Below are positions 20,395-29,311 of a stretch of DNA of 64,000 nucleotides, piece after piece. The DNA is from an uncultured Ruminococcus sp. (GTDB taxonomy: Bacteria; Bacillota; Clostridia; Oscillospirales; Acutalibacteraceae): positions 21,181-85,180 of the forward strand of contig CATXZD010000011.1 in NCBI GenBank assembly GCA_958403905.1, written 5' to 3'. Under the pieces are notes generated by a model, which had not been told where the DNA came from, searched no databases, and saw nothing but the letters and a program-made list of their open reading frames with translations. Position 1 is the first letter of the stretch; every line of letters begins with the position of its first letter. The position numbers were made by a program, and so were the translations under genes.

Positions 20395-20434
20395 CCTCTG
20401 CTTTGTTCCCACTTGGGTTAGCTGAATTTCTGTT

Positions 20435-20955
20435 AGGAACGACACAGGGGTCGTTCCCTACATTGTATATTATCTATAAAAAACGCTGTAGCATAAATTC
20501 TGTGCTACGGCGTTTCCTTTGCTTCATTTTTTATTATTTCGCCGTTTTTGCGCTCAAAGTTTTCAATACATTTGCGAATGAGATAAACGGTTTGTCTGTT
20601 AGCCGAACGCCCTTCGTAGCTTGCAATATAGTGGAGTTTATCAAGCGTTTCTTTGTCAATTCTTATTGATAAATTTTTAGTTGTCATAATCCCACCCTTT
20701 CTGTTACTGAATTTATTATAGCACTACTTAAAGTGAAAAACTGTGAAGTATACTTGATTTAAGTATACTATATTTTGTTGTGTTTTATTTTGTTCATTTG
20801 TAGGGAACGGTCTTGACCGTTCCGAGTTTTTCAGATGTTTACAGTGATTCTGCGGAATGGTCAAGACCATTCCCTACAATGTTGTTGATTACAAAAACGA
20901 TGATAAAAACGTTTGAGTTTGATTATAACAGCAGACACGGCTGATGTGTCCCTAC
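20435..20955. repeat. Cluster of four GTAG-type REP-like palindromes
   Basis: 20435-20461(-), 20800-20824(+), 20853-20877(-), 20931-20955(-); each starts GTAGGGA followed by a short hairpin. Confidence 0.75.
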
Positions 20956-21060
20956 GAATTAATAATCATTATATCATAATTAATCATTAAATATATCCCG
21001 ATTTGGTATATTGATTTTAAAATAAAAACGCTGTAGCATAAATTCTGTGCTACAGCGTTT
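20479..21060. repeat. 37-bp direct repeat (hairpin) at 20479-20515 and 21024-21060
   Basis: aaaaacgctgtagcataaattctgtgctac(g/a)gcgttt, one mismatch. Confidence 0.9.
20505..20687 (-). CDS. Arc/ribbon-helix-helix DNA-binding protein
   Basis: KNLSIRID...KLHYIASYEGRSANRQ...IRKCIENFE; RBS and extended -10 TGcTATAAT upstream. Confidence 0.82.
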   Translation of the reverse strand: MTTKNLSIRIDKETLDKLHYIASYEGRSANRQTVYLIRKCIENFERKNGEIIKNEAKETP

Positions 21061-21183
21061 TATTGTATAAATCAACTTTTAAGTTGCAATTAAATCTTTA
21101 CATAATTTTACAAAGTTTTTTATTAATTATGACTTTTTCATAAAATATCGGTGCTAATATAGTCACTGAAAAGAGGAAATAAA

Positions 21184-21699
21184 ATGGTAAAATCAGAAAG
21201 AAAAAAAAGCAAAACAATAATTATTTCACTTATTATATTTATTTTTGTTCTTGTATGTGTATCAGCGGCTTTGACGTTTGTTGTACTTAACAATAGCTAT
21301 AACGAACAAAATCAAGCACAACAGGGAGTGGTGTTTGACGGCAACGCTTATCATTACGATGAAACAATAAACGATGAAAGCAGCGGCAGTAACGGAATAA
21401 AAATTCCGGGTTATCCCGATATTACTTTTACTTCTGACAGCATTGACTTCCCGATAACACTGCTTAATCCTGAGGGCAATCCATGTAACTTTAAGTTTAC
21501 TCTTTCACTCAAAGAAACCGGTGAGGAGATTTGCGCTACTGACCTTGTAAAACCCGGTGACGCTATAAGCGGAGTAAAGCTTAAAAATACAATTACTAAA
21601 GGCGAATATACTCTATTAATTGATATATCAACCTTTGATTCCGAAAGCGGCGGTGAAATGAACGGCGCTCAGGTAAAGACAAAGCTTACGGTTGAGTGA
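21184..21699 (+). CDS. N-terminally membrane-anchored extracellular beta-rich protein
   Basis: Basic N-terminus + TM helix; IKIPGY, LLNPEGNPCNF motifs; RBS GAGGA. Confidence 0.8.
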   Translation: MVKSERKKSKTIIISLIIFIFVLVCVSAALTFVVLNNSYNEQNQAQQGVVFDGNAYHYDETINDESSGSNGIKIPGYPDITFTSDSIDFPITLLNPEGNPCNFKFTLSLKETGEEICATDLVKPGDAISGVKLKNTITKGEYTLLIDISTFDSESGGEMNGAQVKTKLTVE

Positions 21700-21788
21700 T
21701 GAGTAGACAACAATCCCTACGGGGTTAAAATATAAATAAACTACCGTTTTTAAAGCGGGTATAAGAACTAAAAAAGGAGTAATCAATA

Positions 21789-22343
21789 ATGAAAAATTTA
21801 TCTAAGAAAATTGTAACAGGTATTATGACTTTAGCTGTATGCTCTATGGCTACAGTATCGGCTTTTGCGGCTACAACAGCTATTGATGAAAACGATACTG
21901 CATCTTCTTTGCAGCAGAAAATTACTTACACGAAAACTGAAGCTGAAATCGTGCCTGCCTATACAGTATCAATTCCCGATACCGTAACACTCGGTAAAGA
22001 GTCTGCAACACTTTCATATTCTTTGGAACTTCAGGACGACACTTCATTTGTTCCTGATGACAAAAAAATAAGCGTAAAAATAAGCAGTGCAGGCTATTCA
22101 GGAAATCTCAGAAAGCTTGCAGTATGGGATTCAAGAAATCTTCAGGAGGCTGAATATATGCTCTACAATTCCGACGCTTTTGCAAATCCCACCTACTACG
22201 GAATCGGTGACGAAATTGCTTCATGGAACGGAAGCAACTGGGGTACAGTTACAAGAAAAATCAAGCTGAAAGATTACTACAGTGTTGGAGCAGGAACTTA
22301 CAACGGTGTAATTAATTATTCAATTTCGCTTGAGGACGAATAA
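21789..22343 (+). CDS. Secreted protein, WxL-like subunit A
   Basis: Signal peptide ending SAFA; PAYTVSIP; C-terminal AGTYNGVINYSI. Confidence 0.8.
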   Translation: MKNLSKKIVTGIMTLAVCSMATVSAFAATTAIDENDTASSLQQKITYTKTEAEIVPAYTVSIPDTVTLGKESATLSYSLELQDDTSFVPDDKKISVKISSAGYSGNLRKLAVWDSRNLQEAEYMLYNSDAFANPTYYGIGDEIASWNGSNWGTVTRKIKLKDYYSVGAGTYNGVINYSISLEDE

Positions 22344-22389
22344 TATTCTTGTCGGGCTGCAATCATTTTGGCAGCCCGCAAAGGAATGA

Positions 22390-22734
22390 ATGATAATGAA
22401 AAAGGCATTTGTTGTAATTTCTGTAATTCTATGTTTGTTCTCGGTTTTTACTGCATTTACGGCTTTTGCAGACGACGGCTACAGAACAAATGTTGTACTG
22501 ACAGTGGAAGAAACCACGCAGTCAGAAATCATATCGCAAAGTTTAACGCAAACAGATGAAACAACGGCGTTAAGAGCAACTGAAAATATAGTAACAACAG
22601 TCACAAAAGATGATTCAAAGTTTATTAAAACCGGTGACTCAAATATCCTGACTGCTGTAATATTAGTCATCCTGATTGCTTTAACAGTTGTAGTTTTATG
22701 GGTAACAAAAAAGAAATATAAGACAAAGGAGTAA
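22390..22734 (+). CDS. Small putative sortase-anchored surface protein
   Basis: Signal peptide, Thr/Glu-rich core, IKTGD + hydrophobic helix + KKKYKTKE tail. Confidence 0.75.
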   Translation: MIMKKAFVVISVILCLFSVFTAFTAFADDGYRTNVVLTVEETTQSEIISQSLTQTDETTALRATENIVTTVTKDDSKFIKTGDSNILTAVILVILIALTVVVLWVTKKKYKTKE

Positions 22735-22739
22735 ACAAA

Positions 22740-23273
22740 ATGAAAAAGATAATTTCTATTCTTGCAGCACTTGCAATGTGCGCAACAGCAGCAATGTCAG
22801 CTTCGGCTGCAACAGTTGACCAGACTGTAAATGAAGGCGCTGAAACAAACTTTACATTTGAGTATAAGTATGATCCTACATACACCGTTACAATTCCCTC
22901 GGAGATTGAGCTTACCGCAGAGGGAACACCTGTTGAAATCAAGGCTGAAAATGTAAATCACCTTGACGGCAAAAAGGTTTCCGTAACAATTGCAGGCACA
23001 AATTATTACCGAAATCAGATGGTGCTTCAAGGTAAAACCGAAACAGGTTCGCAGGCTTCTTTGAGATACCAGTTTATTATGCCTGACGAGTCGGTTATCG
23101 AAACAACAGGTGGAAAAGATCAGGTGAACGGTGTTGAAGTTGCCTCTTTTACAGATGACGGTGCATCTACTTTTACCGTAAAGCCTGTACTTAGCGGCTC
23201 GTCTTCAATTAAAAAAGGCGTTACATATACAGGTACAATGACATATGCAATTGCATTTGCAGAAGTTGAATAA
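22740..23273 (+). CDS. Secreted protein, WxL-like subunit B (paralog of 21789-22343)
   Basis: Signal peptide ending SASA; PTYTVTIP; C-terminal GVTYTGTMTYAI. Confidence 0.8.
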   Translation: MKKIISILAALAMCATAAMSASAATVDQTVNEGAETNFTFEYKYDPTYTVTIPSEIELTAEGTPVEIKAENVNHLDGKKVSVTIAGTNYYRNQMVLQGKTETGSQASLRYQFIMPDESVIETTGGKDQVNGVEVASFTDDGASTFTVKPVLSGSSSIKKGVTYTGTMTYAIAFAEVE

Positions 23274-23297
23274 ATAATAAAATATCTTCCCTCAAAA

Positions 23298-23336
23298 AAA
23301 CAGAGTCAAGGTTTTAATTTTGCCTTGACTCTGTTT
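23298..23336. terminator. Hairpin between convergent genes, overlapping the ribF stop
   Basis: aaacagagtcaagg...ccttgactctgttt. Confidence 0.7.
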
Positions 23337-24255
23337 CTTTTGTTTGTTCATAAATTTTCAGTGCCGTTTTGCTGTTGTCTATAATTGCGTTTTTCAGCTC
23401 GTCAATTCCCGAAAATTTTCTTTCCGAACGGATAAATTCAAGCAGTCTTATGTCTGCTCTCTGTCCGTAGATTTCGCCGCCCTTGTACTGCGGCATCCAC
23501 GTTTCGCAAAGCGGAGTGCTTCCGCCGACTGTCGGTTTGATTCCGATGTTCGTAACTCCGCAGTAGGTATCACCGCCTTCAAGAGTAACAATTGACGCAT
23601 ATACTCCGAATTTTGGTACAACAAGCTCATTGCAAAGCGGTTGGTTGATTGTCGGCGTGCCAAGCTCTCTGCCAAGCCGTTTGCCGTGTTCGATAACCGA
23701 AGAAAATCCGAATCGACTGCACAAAAGCTCGTTTGCTTTTTTTACGTTTCCGTCTGCAATCAGTTTTCTTATAAGAGTTGACGACACGACCTCACCCTCG
23801 CTTTCCTGTGCAGGAACTACGGTAAGCTCAATACCCTTGCTTTCGCAAAAGTTTTTCAGCGTTTCGGCATTTCCCTCTCCGTTTTTGCCGTATCGGTAGT
23901 TAAAGCCGCAAAACAGTTTTTCGGCTTTGAGTGTATCAATCAAAATTTTCTGTACAAAGTCATGTGCAGTCGTATTCATAATTTTTTTAAAATCAGCCTG
24001 ATAGGTTCGTTCAATTCCGAGCTTTTCAAGCGTTTTTATTTTGTCATCATTTGTCATAAGCGCATTGGTGCTTGTACCGTTCAAAATACTTTTGGGGCTT
24101 TTTGAAAAGGTAAAACAAACAGGAGTAAGTCCGTTTTTCTTTTCGGCGGCAGCAAGCGAAATCACGTTTCTGTGTCCCTTGTGCAGTCCGTCAAAAAATC
24201 CCAGTGCAATTGCAGTATTTGATTTTTCGGGTAATAATTCAAAGAAATTCTGCAT
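23314..24255 (-). CDS. ribF: Bifunctional riboflavin kinase/FAD synthetase
   Basis: ALGFFDGLHKGH, VSSTLIR, GRELGTPTIN, TNIGIKPTV, FIRSERKF. Confidence 0.96.
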   Translation of the reverse strand: MQNFFELLPEKSNTAIALGFFDGLHKGHRNVISLAAAEKKNGLTPVCFTFSKSPKSILNGTSTNALMTNDDKIKTLEKLGIERTYQADFKKIMNTTAHDFVQKILIDTLKAEKLFCGFNYRYGKNGEGNAETLKNFCESKGIELTVVPAQESEGEVVSSTLIRKLIADGNVKKANELLCSRFGFSSVIEHGKRLGRELGTPTINQPLCNELVVPKFGVYASIVTLEGGDTYCGVTNIGIKPTVGGSTPLCETWMPQYKGGEIYGQRADIRLLEFIRSERKFSGIDELKNAIIDNSKTALKIYEQTKETESRQN

Positions 24256-24275
24256 AAATATTTTTATACCTCAAT

Positions 24276-24416
24276 ACAATTGAAAATTAACAATTAACAA
24301 AGAACAATTAACAATTTTGGTCGATCGGATAGGTTGATATAAAACAAAACTATGTTTCCCGATTTTATTCATATTGCGGCTGAAAGCCACCGTCTCAATT
24401 GTTAATTTGAAAATTA
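24276..24416. repeat. Heptamer-repeat intergenic element
   Basis: Six acaatta-like units 24276-24317, GC hairpin ggctgaaagcc, inverted units from 24396. Confidence 0.6.
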
Positions 24417-24959
24417 TATTTTACCGCTTTTAATCAGCATTGCAGTTTTTAAAACCGCTACCTGTGTTTTCGCATCGGGAATCTGATTATTGAGCACCAT
24501 TTCAACAGCCTTGTCAAGCGGTATTTTTTCAACATTCAAAAATTCACCGTCGTCGGGATTTGCACTTCCCTGTGATTTAATCTTACAGGCATAAAGATGG
24601 ATAATTTCTGATGTGTAGCCCGGAGAAGGGTAGAGTTGACCGAGAGAAATGTACGAATATCCCTCTGCCCCTGTTTCCTCCATAAGTTCACGCTTTCCGT
24701 TTTCAAGTGGTGTTGAGCCTTTTTCAAGCTTGCCGGCAGGCAGTTCAAGCACAACCTCTTTGTACGGATAGCGAAACTGTCGTACAAAAAGCAGGTTGTT
24801 GTCCTCATCAATCGCCGCTACGGTTACTCCGCCGGGATGGTTGACAACCTCGCGCTTTGACTTTTTGCCGTTCGGCAGTTCAATTTCGTCAAGTGTTATA
24901 TGAAGTATTCTGCCGTCAAAAACACTTTTGCTCGACAGAGTTTTTTCAGTAAGTTCCAT
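24414..24959 (-). CDS. nudF: NUDIX hydrolase, ADP-ribose pyrophosphatase type
   Basis: REVVNHPGGV, VRQFRYP, ELPAGKLE..RELMEETG, YPSPG, DAKT; ATG 24959 after GGAGG. Confidence 0.85.
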   Translation of the reverse strand: MELTEKTLSSKSVFDGRILHITLDEIELPNGKKSKREVVNHPGGVTVAAIDEDNNLLFVRQFRYPYKEVVLELPAGKLEKGSTPLENGKRELMEETGAEGYSYISLGQLYPSPGYTSEIIHLYACKIKSQGSANPDDGEFLNVEKIPLDKAVEMVLNNQIPDAKTQVAVLKTAMLIKSGKI

Positions 24960-24995
24960 AACAACCTCCAAAAATTAAAAGGAAAGGATTTATAT

Positions 24996-25889
24996 ATGAT
25001 TAACTACAATGTTTTGCCCGACTACCGGACAAGAAAAGAAATTATAGGAAAAATTTGCGAGAAATACAGTTTTGTAAAGCAGTTTTTCATCGGAAAAAGC
25101 GTGTGCGGCAGGTGCATAAACGTGTTACATATCGGCAACACAAAGCACCGTGTGCTTTACTGCGGCGGCTTTCACGGCTCAGAATACCTCACAGTGCTGG
25201 CGCTTCTGAAATTTCTTGAAGAGTGTTGTCGCTCAATGCAAAGCGACAAAAAAGTCGGCGAGTACAACTTAGGCGATTTTCTTAGAATAAGGGGACTTAC
25301 AATAATTCCATGCGTTAATCCCGACGGTGTTGAAATTGCTCTGCACGGAAGTGAAGCCGCCTTGAAATACAAGCCCCTTGTCGACGATGTCGCCGAGAAT
25401 ACTCACAAATGGCAGGCTAACGCAAGGGGAGTTGACATAAATCACAATTTCAACGCAGGATGGTGCGAGCTTAAAAAACGTGAAATCAGTCGCAATATTA
25501 AAAGCCCTGCGCCGACACGCTTTGGAGGCAACTGCCCCGAAAGCGAACCTGAAACAAGGGCGCTTACCAGATTTTGCAGAAATTATGATTTTGAACGTGC
25601 GCTTGCTCTGCATAGTCAGGGAAGAGAAATTTACTGCTCGTTCGGAAAGCATACCCCTGTTTTAAGTTTTCGGCTTGCGTCTGTGTTTTCACAGGCAAGC
25701 GGATATAACATAGCCTTCCCCGAAGATATTGCAACGGGAGGCGGATTTAAAGACTGGTTTATTGAATGCTTTCGCCGTCCTGCGCTGACTGTTGAAATGG
25801 GTATGGGTGAAAATCCCCTGCCGCTTGTTGACTTTGAAAGCGAGTATGAAATTCTCAGAAAGATTCTAAGTCTTGGTGTTGTGGTATAA
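24996..25889 (+). CDS. M14 metallopeptidase, gamma-D-glutamyl-meso-diaminopimelate peptidase-like
   Basis: HGSE, VNPDG, WQANARGVDINHNF, ESEPET, LHSQG, GGFKDWF, TVEMG. Confidence 0.88.
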   Translation: MINYNVLPDYRTRKEIIGKICEKYSFVKQFFIGKSVCGRCINVLHIGNTKHRVLYCGGFHGSEYLTVLALLKFLEECCRSMQSDKKVGEYNLGDFLRIRGLTIIPCVNPDGVEIALHGSEAALKYKPLVDDVAENTHKWQANARGVDINHNFNAGWCELKKREISRNIKSPAPTRFGGNCPESEPETRALTRFCRNYDFERALALHSQGREIYCSFGKHTPVLSFRLASVFSQASGYNIAFPEDIATGGGFKDWFIECFRRPALTVEMGMGENPLPLVDFESEYEILRKILSLGVVV

Positions 25890-26016
25890 ATCAGCATTGA
25901 GATAATTTAAACAAAGGGTAACCGACGGTTACCCTTTTGTTGTTAAGAATTTGTTTTGCGTTACATTCGGTCATCAAATATTTATGCAAATAAAATTTTA
26001 GCCTGAATTGCATTTT

Positions 26017-28305
26017 TTATTCGTCATAAAAACTTATTGAGCTTAATGCGTCGTCAATAGCTTCGTCCGAAATAACATTCGGCTCATCAAGGTATTTTGA
26101 ACGCTTTTCAATTCCGTCAATAGCCATCTGCACCTGCTCCTGCGGAGTTTTAGGCTTTTTGGGAGCTTCGTAAATTTCATCATCCTCGGGATTTGAAATA
26201 TTAACATATTCCTCTTCCTGTTTTTCTTCGGCAGAGGCAGATTCCTCTTCCGACTCTACAATTGCAGGTTCGTTTCCGTCATCATGAGGTGCTTCTTTGG
26301 CAGTATCTTCACTGCTTTCGTCAGCGTTAAAATCTGGCGCGTCATAATTGTCGGAAACAGATTCGGCAGCAGCCATAATTACTTCGCCGGGAGCATCGAT
26401 TTGCTTTTCACGTCTTGCTTCGGCAATAGCCTTTAGCTCGTCAAGATGATTGACAGGTTTTTCAACACTTTCGGAATTTTCATCAAAGTAAATGTCATAC
26501 CAAACAAGGAACACGTAAACTGTCCATACTCTGCGGCTGTTGTCTTCTTTTTCGCTGAAATGCTCGTCAAGCCACGCAACAAGAGTGTCGGTGTTGAAGA
26601 ATTTTTCAGCCGTTTTGCCCGTGAACTTTTTCTTTACTACATTGTAGTACTTTTCATCACGCAGCCAAACTCGTGTCGGAACGGGGAAGCCGAGCTTTTC
26701 TTTTTCGGCAGTTGCTTCGGGCATATGACGAACAGCGGCTTTTCTCATAGCGTATTTTGTGTTCGACTTGTTGCAGCGTAGGCTTGTGGGAAGTGATGAA
26801 GCAACCCTGAAAACCTCTTTGTCAAGGAACGGAACACGCAACTCAAGTGAGTTAGCCATACTCATTCTGTCGGCTTTAAGAAGAATATCGCCGACCATCC
26901 ACATATTTATGTCAAGGTACTGCATTTTTGTAACATCATCGTACTTTCTGCAGCGGTAGTAGTATTTTCTTGCGTAGTCCTGCGGACGTGTTGCAATTGA
27001 AGGGTCTTTAAGCAAATCTTTTTTCTGCTTGTAGTCGTACATAAATGCGTTTCCGATGTAGCGTTCTTCAAGCGGATCGCAGGCTCGAATGAGGTAATCT
27101 CTGCCCTTTATGTCAGGAAGCTTGCGGCAGACTGCTCTTATTGCCTTTCTTATGCAGTGGGGAACAATTGTCTGATATATTTTAAAAACCCTCGGGTCGT
27201 TGTAGCAGGTGTAGCCGCCGAAAAGCTCGTCGGCGCCCTCTCCCGATAGCACAACCTTTACATACTGGCTTGCAAGGCGAGAAACAAAGTACAGCGCAAT
27301 GCACGACGGGTCGGCAAGAGGCTGGTCCATGTGGTACTGAACCGTTGGTACTGCGTCCCAGAATTCCTCGCTTGAAATCAGGTGAGTATGATGCTCAACG
27401 CCGATTTTTTTGCTAAGGTTTTCTGCCCAGCTTATTTCGTTGTACTTCTCGCCGAAATCAAAGCCTACGGTAAAGGTTTTCTGGTCTGCAAAATATGTTG
27501 AAACGTAGCTGGAATCAACACCGCTTGAAAGGAAACAGCCGACCTCAACGTCCGCAATTTTATGAGCATTTACAGAGTTTTCAAACACCTTTTCAATTTC
27601 GTTTACGGCTTGCTCCTCACTCATTTCCTCATTTGGATTAAAGCGCGGCTCGAAGTAACGGGTAGTTTCAACCTCGCCGCCTCGATACCACAGATAGTGA
27701 CCCGGCATAAGGCAGTAAACGCCCTCAAAGAAGGTTTCGGGCGGAACGGCATACTGGAATGAAAGGTAGGTGTCAAGCGCTCTTGTATTGAACTTCTTTA
27801 CAAATTTCGGGTGCTTAAGAATACTTTTGATTTCGCTTGCATAAACAAAATCTTCGCCGATTTGCGTGTAATGCATCGGCTTGATTCCGAAAAAGTCACG
27901 TGCAATAAAAACAGACTTGTCCTTTGTATTGTAGATTGCAAAGCCGAACATACCGCGAAGCTTCGGAAGTAAATCTTCCTGCCACTCCTCAAAACCGTGA
28001 ATAAGCACCTCGCTGTCGGTGTCAGTGTAGAACTTGTGTCCTTTTTGAATAAGAACTTTTCTAAGCTCTTTGTAGTTGTAGATTTCGCCGTTAAAGGTGA
28101 GGACAAGCGATTTATCCTCGTTGTAAATTGGCTGATGACCCGCGTCAAGGTCGATGATTGAAAGACGGCGAAAACCCATTGAAATGTAGTCGTCCTTAAA
28201 AAATCCGTCAGAGTCAGGACCTCTGTGGGTGATGACCTCGGTCATATTTCTGATGACGTTGTCACGGTCAACAACCTGCCCTGTAAATCCGCAAATACCG
28301 CACAT
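26017..28305 (-). CDS. asnB: Asparagine synthase (glutamine-hydrolysing) with acidic C-terminal extension
   Basis: MCGICG, HRGPD, RRLSIID, FNGEIYN, LSSGVDSS, SGEGADELFGGY. Confidence 0.95.
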   Translation of the reverse strand: MCGICGFTGQVVDRDNVIRNMTEVITHRGPDSDGFFKDDYISMGFRRLSIIDLDAGHQPIYNEDKSLVLTFNGEIYNYKELRKVLIQKGHKFYTDTDSEVLIHGFEEWQEDLLPKLRGMFGFAIYNTKDKSVFIARDFFGIKPMHYTQIGEDFVYASEIKSILKHPKFVKKFNTRALDTYLSFQYAVPPETFFEGVYCLMPGHYLWYRGGEVETTRYFEPRFNPNEEMSEEQAVNEIEKVFENSVNAHKIADVEVGCFLSSGVDSSYVSTYFADQKTFTVGFDFGEKYNEISWAENLSKKIGVEHHTHLISSEEFWDAVPTVQYHMDQPLADPSCIALYFVSRLASQYVKVVLSGEGADELFGGYTCYNDPRVFKIYQTIVPHCIRKAIRAVCRKLPDIKGRDYLIRACDPLEERYIGNAFMYDYKQKKDLLKDPSIATRPQDYARKYYYRCRKYDDVTKMQYLDINMWMVGDILLKADRMSMANSLELRVPFLDKEVFRVASSLPTSLRCNKSNTKYAMRKAAVRHMPEATAEKEKLGFPVPTRVWLRDEKYYNVVKKKFTGKTAEKFFNTDTLVAWLDEHFSEKEDNSRRVWTVYVFLVWYDIYFDENSESVEKPVNHLDELKAIAEARREKQIDAPGEVIMAAAESVSDNYDAPDFNADESSEDTAKEAPHDDGNEPAIVESEEESASAEEKQEEEYVNISNPEDDEIYEAPKKPKTPQEQVQMAIDGIEKRSKYLDEPNVISDEAIDDALSSISFYDE

Positions 28306-28488
28306 ATCCGATAACCCCTTTCAAAGGTTTAATAGCGTAAATTAAATATATACATTCCTTATCTGTATATTTTATCATATCGGAATAATAAATTCAACAG
28401 TCATAAGGTTATTTTGTAAACAGGTTGAATGTTTTTTTGAAATGTTATATACTTAATTAATGTAAAAAATCAGGAACGGAATGATAGA

Positions 28489-29199
28489 ATGTACGGATTA
28501 GTAGGAACATTTGTAAATACAGCTACTGTGTTTTTGGGTGGAGTAATCGGGCTTGTGTTCAAAAAGGGAATACCCGAGCGTGTAAGCGATTCGGTTTTTA
28601 AGGCGCTCGGTCTTATAACGGCGTTTATTGGAATTTCGGGTTGTTTGTGCGGTGAAAACACGCTGATTGCCGTAATAGCAATGATTACCGGCACTATTCT
28701 GGGCGAGCTTGTCGATTTGGACAAGCGTGTAAATAATGTGGGAAAATTCATTGAACGCAAGGTAAGCAAAGACGATAAAAATTCAACCGTAGCGCAGGGG
28801 TTTGTTTCGTCCTGTCTGCTGTTCTGCGTAGGTGCAATGACAATTGTCGGTTCGCTTCAGGCAGGTCTTGAGGGCGACTGCTCGGTGTTGTTTACAAAGT
28901 CGGCAATGGACTTTTGCTCAAGCATAATTTTTGCAAGCACGCTCGGCGTAGGCGTGCTGTTTTCGGCAGGCTTTGTGCTTGTGTATCAGGGACTTATAAC
29001 CCTTCTTGCAACGTGGATTGAGCCGTTGCTCACAACTGCCGTCGTAAACGAAATGAACTGTGTAGGATACGTTATAATCATCGGGCTTGCACTGAATATT
29101 CTCGGTATTACAAAGCTTAAGGTTATGAATATGGTACCTGCAATTTTTCTGCCGATTGCACTTGTTCCGCTGTATGATTTGATTGTGACTGCGTTTTGA
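28489..29199 (+). CDS. DUF554 family membrane protein
   Basis: GTFVN, GFVSSCLLFCVGAMTIVGSLQAGL, KSAMD. Confidence 0.9.
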   Translation: MYGLVGTFVNTATVFLGGVIGLVFKKGIPERVSDSVFKALGLITAFIGISGCLCGENTLIAVIAMITGTILGELVDLDKRVNNVGKFIERKVSKDDKNSTVAQGFVSSCLLFCVGAMTIVGSLQAGLEGDCSVLFTKSAMDFCSSIIFASTLGVGVLFSAGFVLVYQGLITLLATWIEPLLTTAVVNEMNCVGYVIIIGLALNILGITKLKVMNMVPAIFLPIALVPLYDLIVTAF

Positions 29200-29311
29200 T
29201 AAATTATTTAACAGAACAAAAAATTACTATATTTGCTTTAAATTTATATACTAATATCAATCCATAAAGTATATAATAAAGCTGAGATTAACGTAAAAAA
29301 GGAGCGGTACT

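Noticed and set aside
20505..20687. Toxin-antitoxin system
   Set aside because: The RHH gene has no adjacent toxin-like partner.
20400..21060. Possible CRISPR array
   Set aside because: Repeats are few, unevenly spaced and in mixed orientation; no cas genes.
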